Part shown: positions 24,302 to 33,416 of the stretch, in pieces
Layout: the number at the start of each line of letters is the position of its first letter
Position numbering within the stretch: the first letter of the stretch is position 1
Position numbers and translations under genes: made by a program
Origin: Clostridia bacterium
Lineage (GTDB): Bacteria > Bacillota > Clostridia > Christensenellales > CAG-138
Reading direction: 5' to 3'
NCBI GenBank assembly: GCA_017524445.1
Contig: JAFXVP010000072.1
Coordinates: forward strand, 15,183-79,182
DNA length: 64,000 nt
The notes under the pieces: model-generated
Told to the model about the DNA's origin: nothing
Seen by the model: the letters and a program-made list of their open reading frames with translations, nothing else
The model's database searches: none

Positions 24302-25007
24302 ATGCGCATTCTCCTCTTTGCCATGCCTCCAAAGCCTCCCGCACCGATTGAATATACGTCCTCCCCAGCGGAATGGAAACACCGCCGCGCAGCGTGACCG
24401 CGGTATAGGTCATGCCGGTCACCCAGTCGAGATGGACGATATAGCTTCGGTGGCATCGGATAAACGGCGGACCGGGCAGCAGCTTTTCCGTTTCGTCAAC
24501 GGAGAACCGCATGCGGACGCTCGTTTTTCCCTGACTGAACAGGCAGTAATGCCTCGCTGCCTCCACATAGCGGATCCGCCCCAGCGGCAGGCGAAACGGT
24601 CGTCTTTTCAGCGGCGATTCCAACCCGAGCCTTCCGCTCTGCAGATATCGCTCGCAGGCCTTCATTGCGTCTGCAAGTCTGTTCTGATCGAAGTCCGGCT
24701 TCAGAAAGGCGGAAGGATGCCACCGATAGGAACGGATCGCGCGGCCGGCGTCTCCCGAGATCAGGATCAGCCCCGTATCGGCGTGCCGCGCCGGCATCTT
24801 TTCCGCAAAATCCACGCTGTCCATATCCAGGATCAAAAGCCGATCGCCGCCGTTATCCCCGAACGAAACGGCGTCTGTCCGCTCGACAGACAGCACGACG
24901 CATTCGGCGCACGCCCAACGCCGCAGCATGCCGAAAAGACGCGCTGCCAGTTCCGCCGAAGCGGTGCAGACGCGCACGCGTATTGCGTTGTCGTATGCGA
25001 TACCCAA
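24276..25007 (-). CDS. LytTR-domain regulator with degenerate receiver-like N-terminus
   Basis: 243 aa. The annotated start is a TTG with a weak RBS, so the start is uncertain. C-terminus IRYVEAARHYCLFSQGKTSVRMRFSVDETEKLL..PPFIRCHRSYIVHL is a LytTR signature. The N-terminus lacks the DD pair. It overlaps the downstream regulator gene by 26 nt. Confidence 0.7.
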   Translation of the reverse strand: MGIAYDNAIRVRVCTASAELAARLFGMLRRWACAECVVLSVERTDAVSFGDNGGDRLLILDMDSVDFAEKMPARHADTGLILISGDAGRAIRSYRWHPSAFLKPDFDQNRLADAMKACERYLQSGRLGLESPLKRRPFRLPLGRIRYVEAARHYCLFSQGKTSVRMRFSVDETEKLLPGPPFIRCHRSYIVHLDWVTGMTYTAVTLRGGVSIPLGRTYIQSVREALEAWQRGECAYDHFNPGL

Positions 25008-25258
25008 CCCCGTTTGCCCCCACTTGCATCAAAGCATATATGCCTGTCCTTTCGGCTATACCCGCCCTCGAAAAGAACATTTCGCATCAGTGATTTTATA
25101 TTATATCAAATCAAGGTGAAAAATCAACTGTTTATGCAAAACTTCACACCGAATCTTCGGCAGTTTACCGTATTTCCTTTACGCCGCCGACGGATATGCG
25201 AAGCGTCATTCAAAGCGTCGAAATCCGGTATTTTTTCAGCGGATACGATACGATTTCT

Positions 25259-25287
25259 TTGTCATATGACGTGATCTGTGATATACT
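25259..25287 (+). promoter_or_regulatory. Sigma-A-type promoter for the L,D-transpeptidase gene
   Basis: TTGTCA (25259-25264), 17-nt spacer, TATACT (25282-25287), about 60 nt upstream of the start codon. Confidence 0.45.
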
Positions 25288-25347
25288 GTCCTTACCGCGG
25301 ATCGAAGGATCCGGCGGTCCGATCAACCGAAAGAGAGGGAAAACCGT

Positions 25348-26112
25348 ATGAAAAAGCTATGTTTGATATTGGCGGCTGTGCTGCTGTTTGCAGCGGTTTT
25401 GTCCGGATGCGCGCCCGAAAAAGCGGTCGAGGGCTATCGGGGAATCGACGTCGCTTCGCCCGAATGGGTGAGTACGCTTGACGCCGCGAAGGATGCGAAG
25501 CAGCTCTTTGTGGTCGCGGCGCTTTCCGAGGACGCGACGGACGCATGGATCTCGCTTCACGAAAAGCAAAGCGACGGAAGCTGGCATATGGTGATGACGA
25601 CGCCCGGCTTTGTCGGCAGAAACGGCGTCGGCAAGACAAAAGAGGGCGACGCCAGAACGCCGGTCGGCGTGTTTCACTTCAACCGCGCCTTCGGCATTGC
25701 CGACGATCCGGGATGCGCGATCCCCTATGTCAAGGTGGACGAGAACATCTATTGGTCGGGCGACCCGCGCGAAGGATATCATTATAACGAGCTGGTCAAT
25801 CTCAAAGACCTTCCGGGTCTCGACGTCGAAAGCGGCGATTCCGAGCATATCATCGATTACGTCTATCACTATCAATACTGCCTGAACATCAGCTACAACG
25901 AGGAAGGCACGCCCGGTCTCGGTTCCGCGATCTTTCTGCACTGCTTCGGACCGGTCAAGCCGTACACCGGCGGCTGCGTCGCCATTCCGGAGGATCATAT
26001 GCGTTTCGTCATGCAGCGCATCGACGAAAATACGGTCGTGGTGATCAATACCTACGAAGCGCTGTCCGGCGGTGCAGACTGGCCCTCCAGCTTCTGGCCG
26101 AGTGACAGATAA
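25348..26112 (+). CDS. L,D-transpeptidase (YkuD-like) family lipoprotein
   Basis: 254 aa. Lipoprotein signal MKKLCLILAAVLLFAAVLSGC (lipobox LSGC). Catalytic-type motif GSAIFLHCFGPVKPYTGGCVAIP (His ... Gly-Cys). Confidence 0.7.
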   Translation: MKKLCLILAAVLLFAAVLSGCAPEKAVEGYRGIDVASPEWVSTLDAAKDAKQLFVVAALSEDATDAWISLHEKQSDGSWHMVMTTPGFVGRNGVGKTKEGDARTPVGVFHFNRAFGIADDPGCAIPYVKVDENIYWSGDPREGYHYNELVNLKDLPGLDVESGDSEHIIDYVYHYQYCLNISYNEEGTPGLGSAIFLHCFGPVKPYTGGCVAIPEDHMRFVMQRIDENTVVVINTYEALSGGADWPSSFWPSDR

Positions 26113-26289
26113 TCCTTTGCCTGACACAGCGAGCCGAAACAGATTCACCGTTCCGGCTCATTTCCGGCAGAGGCGAAGGACTTGCTCATGTTCGCAAAGC
26201 AGCAACTGCCGTTTTTGTCCGGAACGTCGGTATCCTTCCCGCGAACGCCGCGCGTCCGGTCTCATCAGAGGATCGTCGCTATAAACAAT

Positions 26290-26317
26290 GACCTCCCGCA
26301 AGGGGAGGTCGTTTTTA
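26290..26317 (+). terminator. Rho-independent terminator
   Basis: GACCTCCC-gcaa-GGGAGGTC followed by GTTTTTAT. Confidence 0.7.
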
Positions 26318-26343
26318 TGAATTGAAACTGCCATTCTGAGGCA

Positions 26344-26374
26344 ATGCACCCCGGGCGAGATCCGGGTGCATTTT
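26344..26374. repeat. REP-like hairpin repeat, copy A (ATGCACCCCGGGCGAGATCCGGGTGCATTTT)
   Basis: Inverted arms TGCACCC(C)GG / CCGGGTGCA. The same element recurs at 47105-47166 and twice at 61514-61600. Confidence 0.8.
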
Positions 26375-26416
26375 GCATTTTTGAGTGCATTCGCGGACGG
26401 TTGCCCGGTTCGCGAA

Positions 26417-27616
26417 TCAGGGTCTGCTTTCCCTGTGCAGGCGGAAATCCACGGAACGCTTGAGGTAATCGAGATACGCCGTGTCGCGGCACATGCTCTT
26501 TTCGGGATTGTCGCTGAGCTTTGCGACGGGGCGTCCGTTGACGTACTGGAGCTTGATGATGATGTTCAGCGCTTTTTCGCAGGTATCGTTGGAGCAGAAC
26601 GTGCCGATGCCGAACGAGACCTTCGTTTTGTCCTTGAAATAGTCGTACAGCGCCTGCGCACGGTCGAAATCGAGGCTGTCGGAGAACAGCAGCAGCTTGG
26701 TTTTCGGATCGACGCCGTACTTTTCATAATGCCGGATCATTTTCTCGCCCCATGCGTACGGATCGCCGGAGTCGTGCCGCACGCCGGTATAGTTATTGAC
26801 CATGGAGCGATTGAAATCGAGCAGGAACAGGTCTGTGGTGATGGTGTCCGTCAGCGCCGTTCCGTTGTCGCCGTCGTATTCGTCGTACCAGTCGCGCATC
26901 GCGAAATGGTTCGTATACGCAAGCGGAATGCTGTCGATGCCCTGATACATCTGCACGTATTCGTGCGCATAGGTCCCGATCGGCGTCAGATGATACTTCA
27001 TGGCAAGGTACACGTTCGAGGTGCCGACCATATTGTTCGTCTCCTGCGCAAAGCGGCGCACCACCACGTCCTCCCACTCGCGCGAAAGCCGGCGGCGGCA
27101 GCCGAACTCGGCAAACCGGAACGTATAGACGCCGTCGTTCATGGCCTTGATCTTCGCGTTGAGCTTTTCTTCGGCGGACTTCTTCAGCGTTTCGTAGTCG
27201 TAGTTCATGCGGAAATAGACTTCATTGACGATCTCGAGCAGATAGATCTCGAACTGCATGGCGGAGAACAGCGGTCCGTCGACCACGATTTCCAGCTTGC
27301 CGTCGTCCGTGCGGCCGACCGTCACATAATCGCGGATGGGATGCCAAAGCCGCAAAAATTCCACGTAGTCGTTCTTGATGAAACGGATGGAGCGCAGATA
27401 ATCGAGCTCTTCCTTCTTAAAACGCAGCGTGCAGAGATGATCGACCTGCGCGTTGATCTCATCGACCATTTCCTGCGTGAAAACGACGTTGTCATTGCGG
27501 CATTTGAAATAATATTGACCGCAAAGATCGGTGTGCTTATGGAAGATGACCTGATCCATATTGAATTTATACAGGTCGGTGTCGAGCAGAGAAATGACAA
27601 TCGGTTCCAGTTTCAT
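26417..27616 (-). CDS. pncB: Nicotinate phosphoribosyltransferase
   Basis: 399 aa. The N-terminus SLLDTDLYKFNMDQVIF is the characteristic PncB signature, and the length is right. The context includes pncA and an NrtR-like gene. Confidence 0.85.
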   Translation of the reverse strand: MKLEPIVISLLDTDLYKFNMDQVIFHKHTDLCGQYYFKCRNDNVVFTQEMVDEINAQVDHLCTLRFKKEELDYLRSIRFIKNDYVEFLRLWHPIRDYVTVGRTDDGKLEIVVDGPLFSAMQFEIYLLEIVNEVYFRMNYDYETLKKSAEEKLNAKIKAMNDGVYTFRFAEFGCRRRLSREWEDVVVRRFAQETNNMVGTSNVYLAMKYHLTPIGTYAHEYVQMYQGIDSIPLAYTNHFAMRDWYDEYDGDNGTALTDTITTDLFLLDFNRSMVNNYTGVRHDSGDPYAWGEKMIRHYEKYGVDPKTKLLLFSDSLDFDRAQALYDYFKDKTKVSFGIGTFCSNDTCEKALNIIIKLQYVNGRPVAKLSDNPEKSMCRDTAYLDYLKRSVDFRLHRESRP

Positions 27617-27673
27617 TGCATTGATTCCTTTCGTTTGTATTCTGATCGCAGCAAGCGATGCGTGCAGGTATGC

Positions 27674-27976
27674 TTATTTGTTTTCTTCGAGTGCATAGAT
27701 TTCCTTCAGTAAATGATCCACATACCGATCTGCTTCGCCGTCTTCCGGATGATTCATTACAACATATTCGCAGAATTTGCATCTGGATTGGCAAAACGGA
27801 ACGTGTACATACAAGCACAGTTCTTTTTGACGTCTGATATTGTCCTGAACGACCCGGTAAATGTCGTCGGTGCTATGCACTTCATACTGTACCAGTGAAT
27901 TCGGACGAAGCGGGTAAGCGGTGTTGCAATAATGGTGGAATCTCAGACCGCGTTCAAAGATTTCTCTGCATTCCAT
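27674..27976 (-). pseudogene. N-terminal fragment of a HemN-like radical SAM enzyme
   Basis: 100-aa ORF containing LYVHVPFCQSRCKFCEY (CxxxCxxC radical-SAM cluster motif). It stops about 40 aa later, and only 57 nt remain before pncB, so there is no room for the rest of the enzyme. Locally AT-richer. Confidence 0.55.
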
Positions 27977-28003
27977 TGCGGCTCTCTCCTGATCCGAAAA
28001 GGT

Positions 28004-28528
28004 TTACAGCACCCGGATCTGGCAGCTGCGCATCGTCTCGAGCGCAGCAGCATGTTTTTTCGGTGTGACGCCGGCGCAGCAGGCGGAATCTGCAAAGACG
28101 TCCGCCTCTGGGAAATGTGCCTTCAGAAGCAGCGCGTTGGAGACCACGCAAATGTCGGTACAGAGTCCGATCAGTTCGATCGAGAACGGTTCGCCGCCCG
28201 CGGCGCGTTCCAGAATCGCAGGCAGATCGACCGAGCCGAACGTCGGCTTTTCGACCGCCGTGTATCCCTTCTTTTGCAGCGCGTCCAGAACCTTTTCGTT
28301 AAGCTCCCATCCCGGCGTGCCCTTGACGCAATGCGGGACCGGCAGAAAGCGTCCTTCGCGCGTGTCCATATAGTCCCCGTTGTGCGTGTCGAGCGTGGCG
28401 AAGATCTCGCCGTCAAAGTTCTCGATCTTTTTGACGACGGCGGGTACGATCGCGACCGCCTCCGCACTGCCGAGCGCGCCGTCCACAAAGTCCTTTTGCA
28501 TGTCGACGACGATCAAAAACCGTTTCAT
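28004..28528 (-). CDS. pncA: Nicotinamidase / isochorismatase-family hydrolase
   Basis: 174 aa. LIVVDMQKDFVDG, ...TLDTH..., and IELIGLCTDICVVSNAL carrying the catalytic Cys. The start overlaps the upstream stop (ATGA). Confidence 0.8.
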   Translation of the reverse strand: MKRFLIVVDMQKDFVDGALGSAEAVAIVPAVVKKIENFDGEIFATLDTHNGDYMDTREGRFLPVPHCVKGTPGWELNEKVLDALQKKGYTAVEKPTFGSVDLPAILERAAGGEPFSIELIGLCTDICVVSNALLLKAHFPEADVFADSACCAGVTPKKHAAALETMRSCQIRVL

Positions 28529-29373
28529 AATTTGCTCCTTTCCGTTTCGGGCCGGTGACCCGTTCCGTTCTTTCGTGTATAGAGTTTGGCAGGCCGATGT
28601 CCGGCGCCCTGCGTGAAGTTTTCGGTCTCTTCGACAAAGTCCGCAACCTTTCTGCGGAAATTTGCCGGTGCGACAGGGATCCCGGTCAGCGTTTCCTGCA
28701 CGTTCTGCAAAGCAAACAGCGTGAACTCTGCGGGAAGGAAATCAAAGATCACCTCAAACCGCGCGGCACGTTCCCTGAGTTGCTTCAGCGCCGTCGCAAG
28801 GATCGACGCATGGTCAAAGGCGAGCGGGTGGCGATCCTCCGTTGTGAACGCCGTTCCGTATGCGGTACGGCGCTCGGAAAGATGAACGTCGAACCCGATC
28901 TCATCCGATTGCAGCCGGATCAAACAGCTCCCGTCCGGATCCTCACGGAAGGAAACGTCGAACCAGCGCGCGTCCGATGCGTCGGAGCCTGCGGTCGGCG
29001 TTGCGTCGCCGTTCAGAATGCAGGTGAACGCGTTGGAGATGATCCTGCCGCGCGGATCGCGGTCGACGGCACTGAATACGCCGAGATACAGCAGCGCGTT
29101 CGGTGTGACGCCGGTTTCCTCCTGCGCTTCACGCAGCGCGCAGACCTCAACTGTTTCCGTCATCCGCACAAACCCGCCGGGCAGGGCCCATTCGTTTCGG
29201 AACGGGTGTTCGCCGCGCCGGATCAGCAGCACGGAAAGAATGCTTTTCGGATCCTTACGAAAGCTGTTGCCGACTACCGTCCGCATGCGGAAGATCACAA
29301 CGTCCGCCGTGACCGAGGGACGGTCGTAATCGCCGATGTTGTAGTTTTGCAGGAATTCCTGTTCCGTTATCAT
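28525..29373 (-). CDS. Nudix hydrolase fused to a C-terminal winged-helix-like domain (NrtR-like NAD-metabolism regulator / ADP-ribose pyrophosphatase)
   Basis: 282 aa, RBS GGAGGAG. Nudix box WALPGGFVRMTETVEVCALREAQEETGV. The C-terminal ~90 aa (ILATALKQLRERA...FTLFALQNVQETLTG...ANFRRKV) looks like the NrtR DNA-binding domain. Confidence 0.65.
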   Translation of the reverse strand: MITEQEFLQNYNIGDYDRPSVTADVVIFRMRTVVGNSFRKDPKSILSVLLIRRGEHPFRNEWALPGGFVRMTETVEVCALREAQEETGVTPNALLYLGVFSAVDRDPRGRIISNAFTCILNGDATPTAGSDASDARWFDVSFREDPDGSCLIRLQSDEIGFDVHLSERRTAYGTAFTTEDRHPLAFDHASILATALKQLRERAARFEVIFDFLPAEFTLFALQNVQETLTGIPVAPANFRRKVADFVEETENFTQGAGHRPAKLYTRKNGTGHRPETERSKL

Positions 29374-29406
29374 GACTCTCCTCCACCGGGGACGGAATCC
29401 CCTCCC

Positions 29407-30342
29407 CTATACAACCAGATTGCCGACCCGCTCGGCGACGCCGACGGTTGCGACCGCGCCGGAATTGAATTCCAGATAATCCTGCTCCATCCCGTCGCTG
29501 AAGATCACGCCGTTTTCCGGCATGCAGGACGTGATCCGGATCGGCTCTCCCTCGCGGATCGAACCGAACACGAGATTTGCGCCGGTGGAATGACTGGGAT
29601 ACGGTTCCCGCACCGTGTAGTACAGGCTGCGGGATTCCCACGTGAAACTTCCGGACACCTGCAGGTTCTGCCGGATCCCGAAGGAACGGTCGATCCCGGA
29701 TGCGCCGGCGAGAATGCTTTTCAGCCATCCCGTCGCGCCGAGCCCCGTCGATACAATGATCCCGCTGGAGCTTTGCCGTTCCGTGATGCCGGATGCCTGC
29801 AGCTCGTAGCGCGCGGAAACGTGCGTACGCTGACCGATGAAAATGTCGTTGACGCCGCAGAGCGATTGTCCGTCGTTCAGCTTAGCCTCCGCCAGCGTGA
29901 TCCTGCGAACCTTGCGGCGTCCAAGCGCCGTTTCGGGAACGATCGCGGGAAGATCCTTCGCGGAAAACGGAAGCAGTACGCCGTCCCAGCGGGCAGGATC
30001 GGGGTTCACGCCGATCAGCTTCTGCACGGTCAGGTATTTCAGCGTGTTTGCCACAAGACCGTCTCTGCCGATCGCGATCACAAGATCCCCATCGCCGAAC
30101 AGATAGTCGGGAAGCAGGGATCTGTCCAACACCTGCAGCCGTCCGTACTGCTCGAGGAAACCGACGGCCTGCTCCACGGCACTTTGGTACGCGCGATCCT
30201 CCGCGAGATAGTCGCCGAAATCTCCGCCGTGGTGTTCCACGTAGAACTGCGCCTGTCCGACGGTGTTGTATCTGCGGATCAGCTCCTGAAGCCGCGTCTT
30301 CTGGGTCACAAGAACCACCTTGCGATCGGTCATTTTATTCAT
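29407..30342 (-). CDS. Atypical NAD kinase-family protein
   Basis: 311 aa. DLVIAIGRDGLVAN (a variant of the GGDG motif) and SSGIIVSTGLGATGW (compare the STPTGSTAY motif). It has an extra ~90-aa N-terminal region. The start is 5 nt after the SPFH stop. Confidence 0.6.
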   Translation of the reverse strand: MNKMTDRKVVLVTQKTRLQELIRRYNTVGQAQFYVEHHGGDFGDYLAEDRAYQSAVEQAVGFLEQYGRLQVLDRSLLPDYLFGDGDLVIAIGRDGLVANTLKYLTVQKLIGVNPDPARWDGVLLPFSAKDLPAIVPETALGRRKVRRITLAEAKLNDGQSLCGVNDIFIGQRTHVSARYELQASGITERQSSSGIIVSTGLGATGWLKSILAGASGIDRSFGIRQNLQVSGSFTWESRSLYYTVREPYPSHSTGANLVFGSIREGEPIRITSCMPENGVIFSDGMEQDYLEFNSGAVATVGVAERVGNLVV

Positions 30343-30346
30343 TATA

Positions 30347-31411
30347 TCACACCTTCTTCAAACTTTCCAGCAGATCGGGCGTAATATTGAGTGTTCCGAT
30401 CTTTTCGCTTCCGGCAGCCAGCTTCTCGAACGCGCTTGCGATCATCTTGGAAGGATCCATATTCATGGCGGCGAGCGCAATGATCACGTCGGACCCGAGG
30501 CTTCTGTATGCGTCCATGATGACGCGTACACGGTATGCGTCAGCGTCCGCGTCCTTCTTTGCGTTTTCCAGCATCAGGTCCATGAGCTCTTTTTTCTTCT
30601 TTTCCAGTTCGATTTTCGCGTCGGTCATCCGTCTCTGAAGCTCGATATCCGACTCGACCTTGATCCTTTCGCGTTCCGCCTCGCTCTGCGTTTTGATCCG
30701 GGCGAGCTCATTCTCCTTTTCCAGCAGCATCCGCTTGGTTGCGACCTCGGTCTCGCGGATCTTCTTTTTCTTCTCTTCGACGGAGATTTCGGTCGAAAGC
30801 TCATTTTCCTTGACCTTGCGCTCCTGCTCGATCGATGCGTTTCTGCGCTCGTACAGCGCGTCGTCGCTGCCCTTCAGGATCTCCTCGCGGGTGTGGGCTT
30901 CCAGCGCGCGCTGCGTTTCGCTGTTCGCGCCGATCTTCAGGATCGACAGCCCCAGGATCTCGATGCCCATCGTCGTAACTTCTCCGTCCTGTCTGAGCTC
31001 CTCGAAAACCTGCACTGCGAGATTTCTGTCCGCACGGACCGCTTTTGTAAGCTCCATCGCGCCGACCTGCCTGCGAATCAGAACGTCGACAAGATTGAGG
31101 AGACGCTTTGCGATCTTGGTTGAGGGATTGTCAAAATACGCTTTTGTGTGCAGATTGACCGAAAAGTTCATCAGCGAGGCGATGCGTTTGTAGTCCGTGA
31201 TGCGATAGGTAAGCTGACCCTGCACGCTGACGCTCTGATAGTCTGCGGTCTTTTCTTCAAAGATGAAGTCCGCGTCCATCGCAGAGACCGGAATGAGCGC
31301 GACCGAAGTGTTTCGGTCGAAGCAGTGGAAAGAGAGCCCCGCGCCGGATTCGATCAGTTTTCCGTTGCGGTAGCGCAGAACGAAATCGTTCGGAAGAAAT
31401 TTGACGTACAT
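30347..31411 (-). CDS. SPFH / band-7 domain protein with long E/K-rich coiled-coil tail
   Basis: The ATG at 31411 (MYVKFLPNDFVLRYRNGK) is preceded by AGGAGG; the ORF-track start at 31480 is unlikely. SPFH-like N-terminal half followed by charged heptad-like repeats. Confidence 0.65.
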   Translation of the reverse strand: MYVKFLPNDFVLRYRNGKLIESGAGLSFHCFDRNTSVALIPVSAMDADFIFEEKTADYQSVSVQGQLTYRITDYKRIASLMNFSVNLHTKAYFDNPSTKIAKRLLNLVDVLIRRQVGAMELTKAVRADRNLAVQVFEELRQDGEVTTMGIEILGLSILKIGANSETQRALEAHTREEILKGSDDALYERRNASIEQERKVKENELSTEISVEEKKKKIRETEVATKRMLLEKENELARIKTQSEAERERIKVESDIELQRRMTDAKIELEKKKKELMDLMLENAKKDADADAYRVRVIMDAYRSLGSDVIIALAAMNMDPSKMIASAFEKLAAGSEKIGTLNITPDLLESLKKV

Positions 31412-31463
31412 GGTTGTTACCTCCTGTTTTGATTTGCAGGAACGCGGTCTCCTTTGTTCCTTG

Positions 31464-31499
31464 CAATATGATATTATCATATTGATACTATCATGTCAA
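31464..31499 (-). promoter_or_regulatory. Promoter of the NAD-salvage operon overlapped by a perfect 21-bp palindrome and a second half-related palindrome (candidate NrtR operators)
   Basis: Minus strand: TTGACA (31499-31494), 17-nt spacer, TAATAT (31476-31471). CAATATGATAaTATCATATTG (31464-31484) covers the -10. TGATAgTATCA (31483-31493) lies in the spacer. Confidence 0.6.
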
Positions 31500-31536
31500 C
31501 AAGATGAACAGCTTTTTGCAAAATATATTTTCACAC

Positions 31537-31567
31537 AAAAAAAGCGGACCCGACAGGGGACCGCTTT
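31537..31567 (-). terminator. Rho-independent terminator downstream of gap (bidirectional shape)
   Basis: Plus strand reads AAAAAAA-GCGGaCCC-gacag-GGGaCCGC-TTTGAG. On the minus strand the hairpin is followed by TTTTTTTGTGTG, 15 nt after the gap stop. Confidence 0.65.
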
Positions 31568-31581
31568 GAGAGTGTACGGAA

Positions 31582-32595
31582 TCAAAGAGCCGCAAAATAC
31601 TTGATAGTACGGACCATCTGGCTCGTGTAGCTGTTCTCGTTGTCGTACCAGGACACGACCTGCACCTGGTAGAGACCGTCCGCGATCTTGCCGACCATGG
31701 TCTGCGTGGCGTCGAACAGAGAACCGTAGCGGATGCCGATAATGTCGCTCGAAACGATCGGATCCTCGGTATAGCCGAAGGATTCATTGGACGCGGCCTT
31801 CATGGCGGCGTTGACGCTTTCAACGGTGATGTCCTCGCCTTCCACGACAGCGACAAGGATGGTGGTGGATCCGTCCGGAACGGGAACGCGTTGTGCGGAG
31901 CCGATCAGCTTGCCGTTCAGCTCCGGGACGACAAGACCGATGGCCTTTGCCGCTCCGGTGGAGTTCGGAACGATATTGATCGCTGCTGCTCTCGCGCGGC
32001 GCAGATCGCCCTTGCGGTGCGGACCGTCGAGAACCATCTGATCGCCGGTATAGGCATGAACAGTCGTCATGATGCCGTGGCGGATGGGCGCAAACGCGTT
32101 CAGCGCTTTTGCCATCGGCGCGAGGCAGTTGGTGGTGCAGGAGGCGGCGGAAATTACGGTGTCCTCCGGGGTCAGCGTTTCATGATTGACGTTATAGACG
32201 ATCGTCGGGATCTTATCCTTTGCGGGCGCGGAAAGAACGACCTTTTTTGCGCCTGCCTTGATGTGCTTCTCAAGGTCTGCCTTCTTTACAAAGAAGCCGG
32301 TGCATTCGAGCACGACGTCTACGCCGAGCTCTTTCCACGGGAGCTGTTCGGGATCCGGGTTTTTAAAGATACGGATCTCGGTCCCGTCGACGATGATGCC
32401 GTTTTCCGTCGCGCGGATCGTGTCGGCGAGCTCGTACCATTTCTGTGTGGAATCGTATTTCAGCAGATGCGCGAGCATGGCGGGGTCGGTCAGATCGTTG
32501 ATCGCAACGATCTCATAACCCTCTGCCCGAAACATTTGCCGAAACGCAAGACGTCCGATTCTTCCGAATCCATTGATTGCAACTTTGACTGCCAT
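31582..32595 (-). CDS. gap: Type I glyceraldehyde-3-phosphate dehydrogenase
   Basis: ATG at 32595 ([19 protein letters not shown]), 337 aa. Catalytic [10 protein letters not shown]-terminal WYDNENSY. Confidence 0.95.
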   Translation of the reverse strand: MAVKVAINGFGRIGRLAFRQMFRAEGYEIVAINDLTDPAMLAHLLKYDSTQKWYELADTIRATENGIIVDGTEIRIFKNPDPEQLPWKELGVDVVLECTGFFVKKADLEKHIKAGAKKVVLSAPAKDKIPTIVYNVNHETLTPEDTVISAASCTTNCLAPMAKALNAFAPIRHGIMTTVHAYTGDQMVLDGPHRKGDLRRARAAAINIVPNSTGAAKAIGLVVPELNGKLIGSAQRVPVPDGSTTILVAVVEGEDITVESVNAAMKAASNESFGYTEDPIVSSDIIGIRYGSLFDATQTMVGKIADGLYQVQVVSWYDNENSYTSQMVRTIKYFAAL

Positions 32596-32611
32596 AGTTA
32601 TTTCCTTTCTT

Positions 32612-33187
32612 TCAGCTTTCGCTGTGATTTCTTTGTTGATTTGCAAGCCATTCTTCGCGCAGGATCGCGAGCCCGAACTGATCGAAATACGGCTCTGCTG
32701 CTTCGGGACGTGCTTTGCCGCGTTTGACCATACGCCCTTCGTTGCGCATGCCGACCCGTTCGAAAACATGGAGCATCGCGATGTTGTCCACGTCACAGAC
32801 GGCGTGGATGCGATGCAGCTTCAACTGCGAGAAAGCGATCTCCATTACGCCGCGCAATCCCTCCGTCATATAGCCCTTGCCCGCGAAATTGCGGTTCATG
32901 ATCCCGCCGAGGATCGCGTCGTCCCGCCGCCAGTTCATGTGAAATGAAATGCCGCCGATGACCGTTCCGCTTGATTTCTCTTCCAACGCGATATTATAGT
33001 GCATCCGCGGTTCTGCAAGCATTTCCTCCACGCATTGCCGCTCCAGATAGTCGTGTGTCTGTTCGGGCGTATTCGGGCCGAACATCATATGCTTGACATT
33101 TTCATAATCCGACGCATATGCATGGACATCTTCAAAGTCGCTTGCGCAAAACTCGCGCAGGATCAGTCTTTCAGTCTGTAAAAACAA
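32612..33187 (-). CDS. GNAT N-acetyltransferase (RimJ/RimL-like)
   Basis: 191 aa. TTG start with a GGGGGGAA RBS. N-terminus TERLILREF...; [22 protein letters not shown] is motif A. Confidence 0.75.
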   Translation of the reverse strand: MFLQTERLILREFCASDFEDVHAYASDYENVKHMMFGPNTPEQTHDYLERQCVEEMLAEPRMHYNIALEEKSSGTVIGGISFHMNWRRDDAILGGIMNRNFAGKGYMTEGLRGVMEIAFSQLKLHRIHAVCDVDNIAMLHVFERVGMRNEGRMVKRGKARPEAAEPYFDQFGLAILREEWLANQQRNHSES

Positions 33188-33216
33188 ATGTATTCCCCCC
33201 GTTTTGAACCGGTGTT

Positions 33217-33245
33217 ATTATATCAGGTACCGGTATTGTTTGCAA
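33217..33245 (-). promoter_or_regulatory. Promoter for the GNAT-gap transcription unit
   Basis: Minus strand: TTGCAA (33245-33240), 17-nt spacer, extended -10 TGATATAAT (33225-33217). Confidence 0.45.
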
Positions 33246-33416
33246 CAAGTTGCCGACAGGCATCTCGCACGCGATTTCCCCATCTTTCAAACGATTACGC
33301 TCATCTCACACAAGATTTCTTTTTGCAAAAATCGGGATCAACACCAGATACAGCCTTGCTTTCCAGCTTCGGGATCGTCATAAACAGGGCCTTCATCGCC
33401 GCAGACCGGACTGTTT

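Noticed and set aside
25090-25130. Direct repeat AAATCAA ... AAATCAA as a LytTR-box upstream of the regulator pair.
   Set aside because: Only 7 nt are shared, in AT-rich DNA, with no resemblance to known 9-bp LytTR half-sites. This is too weak to call.
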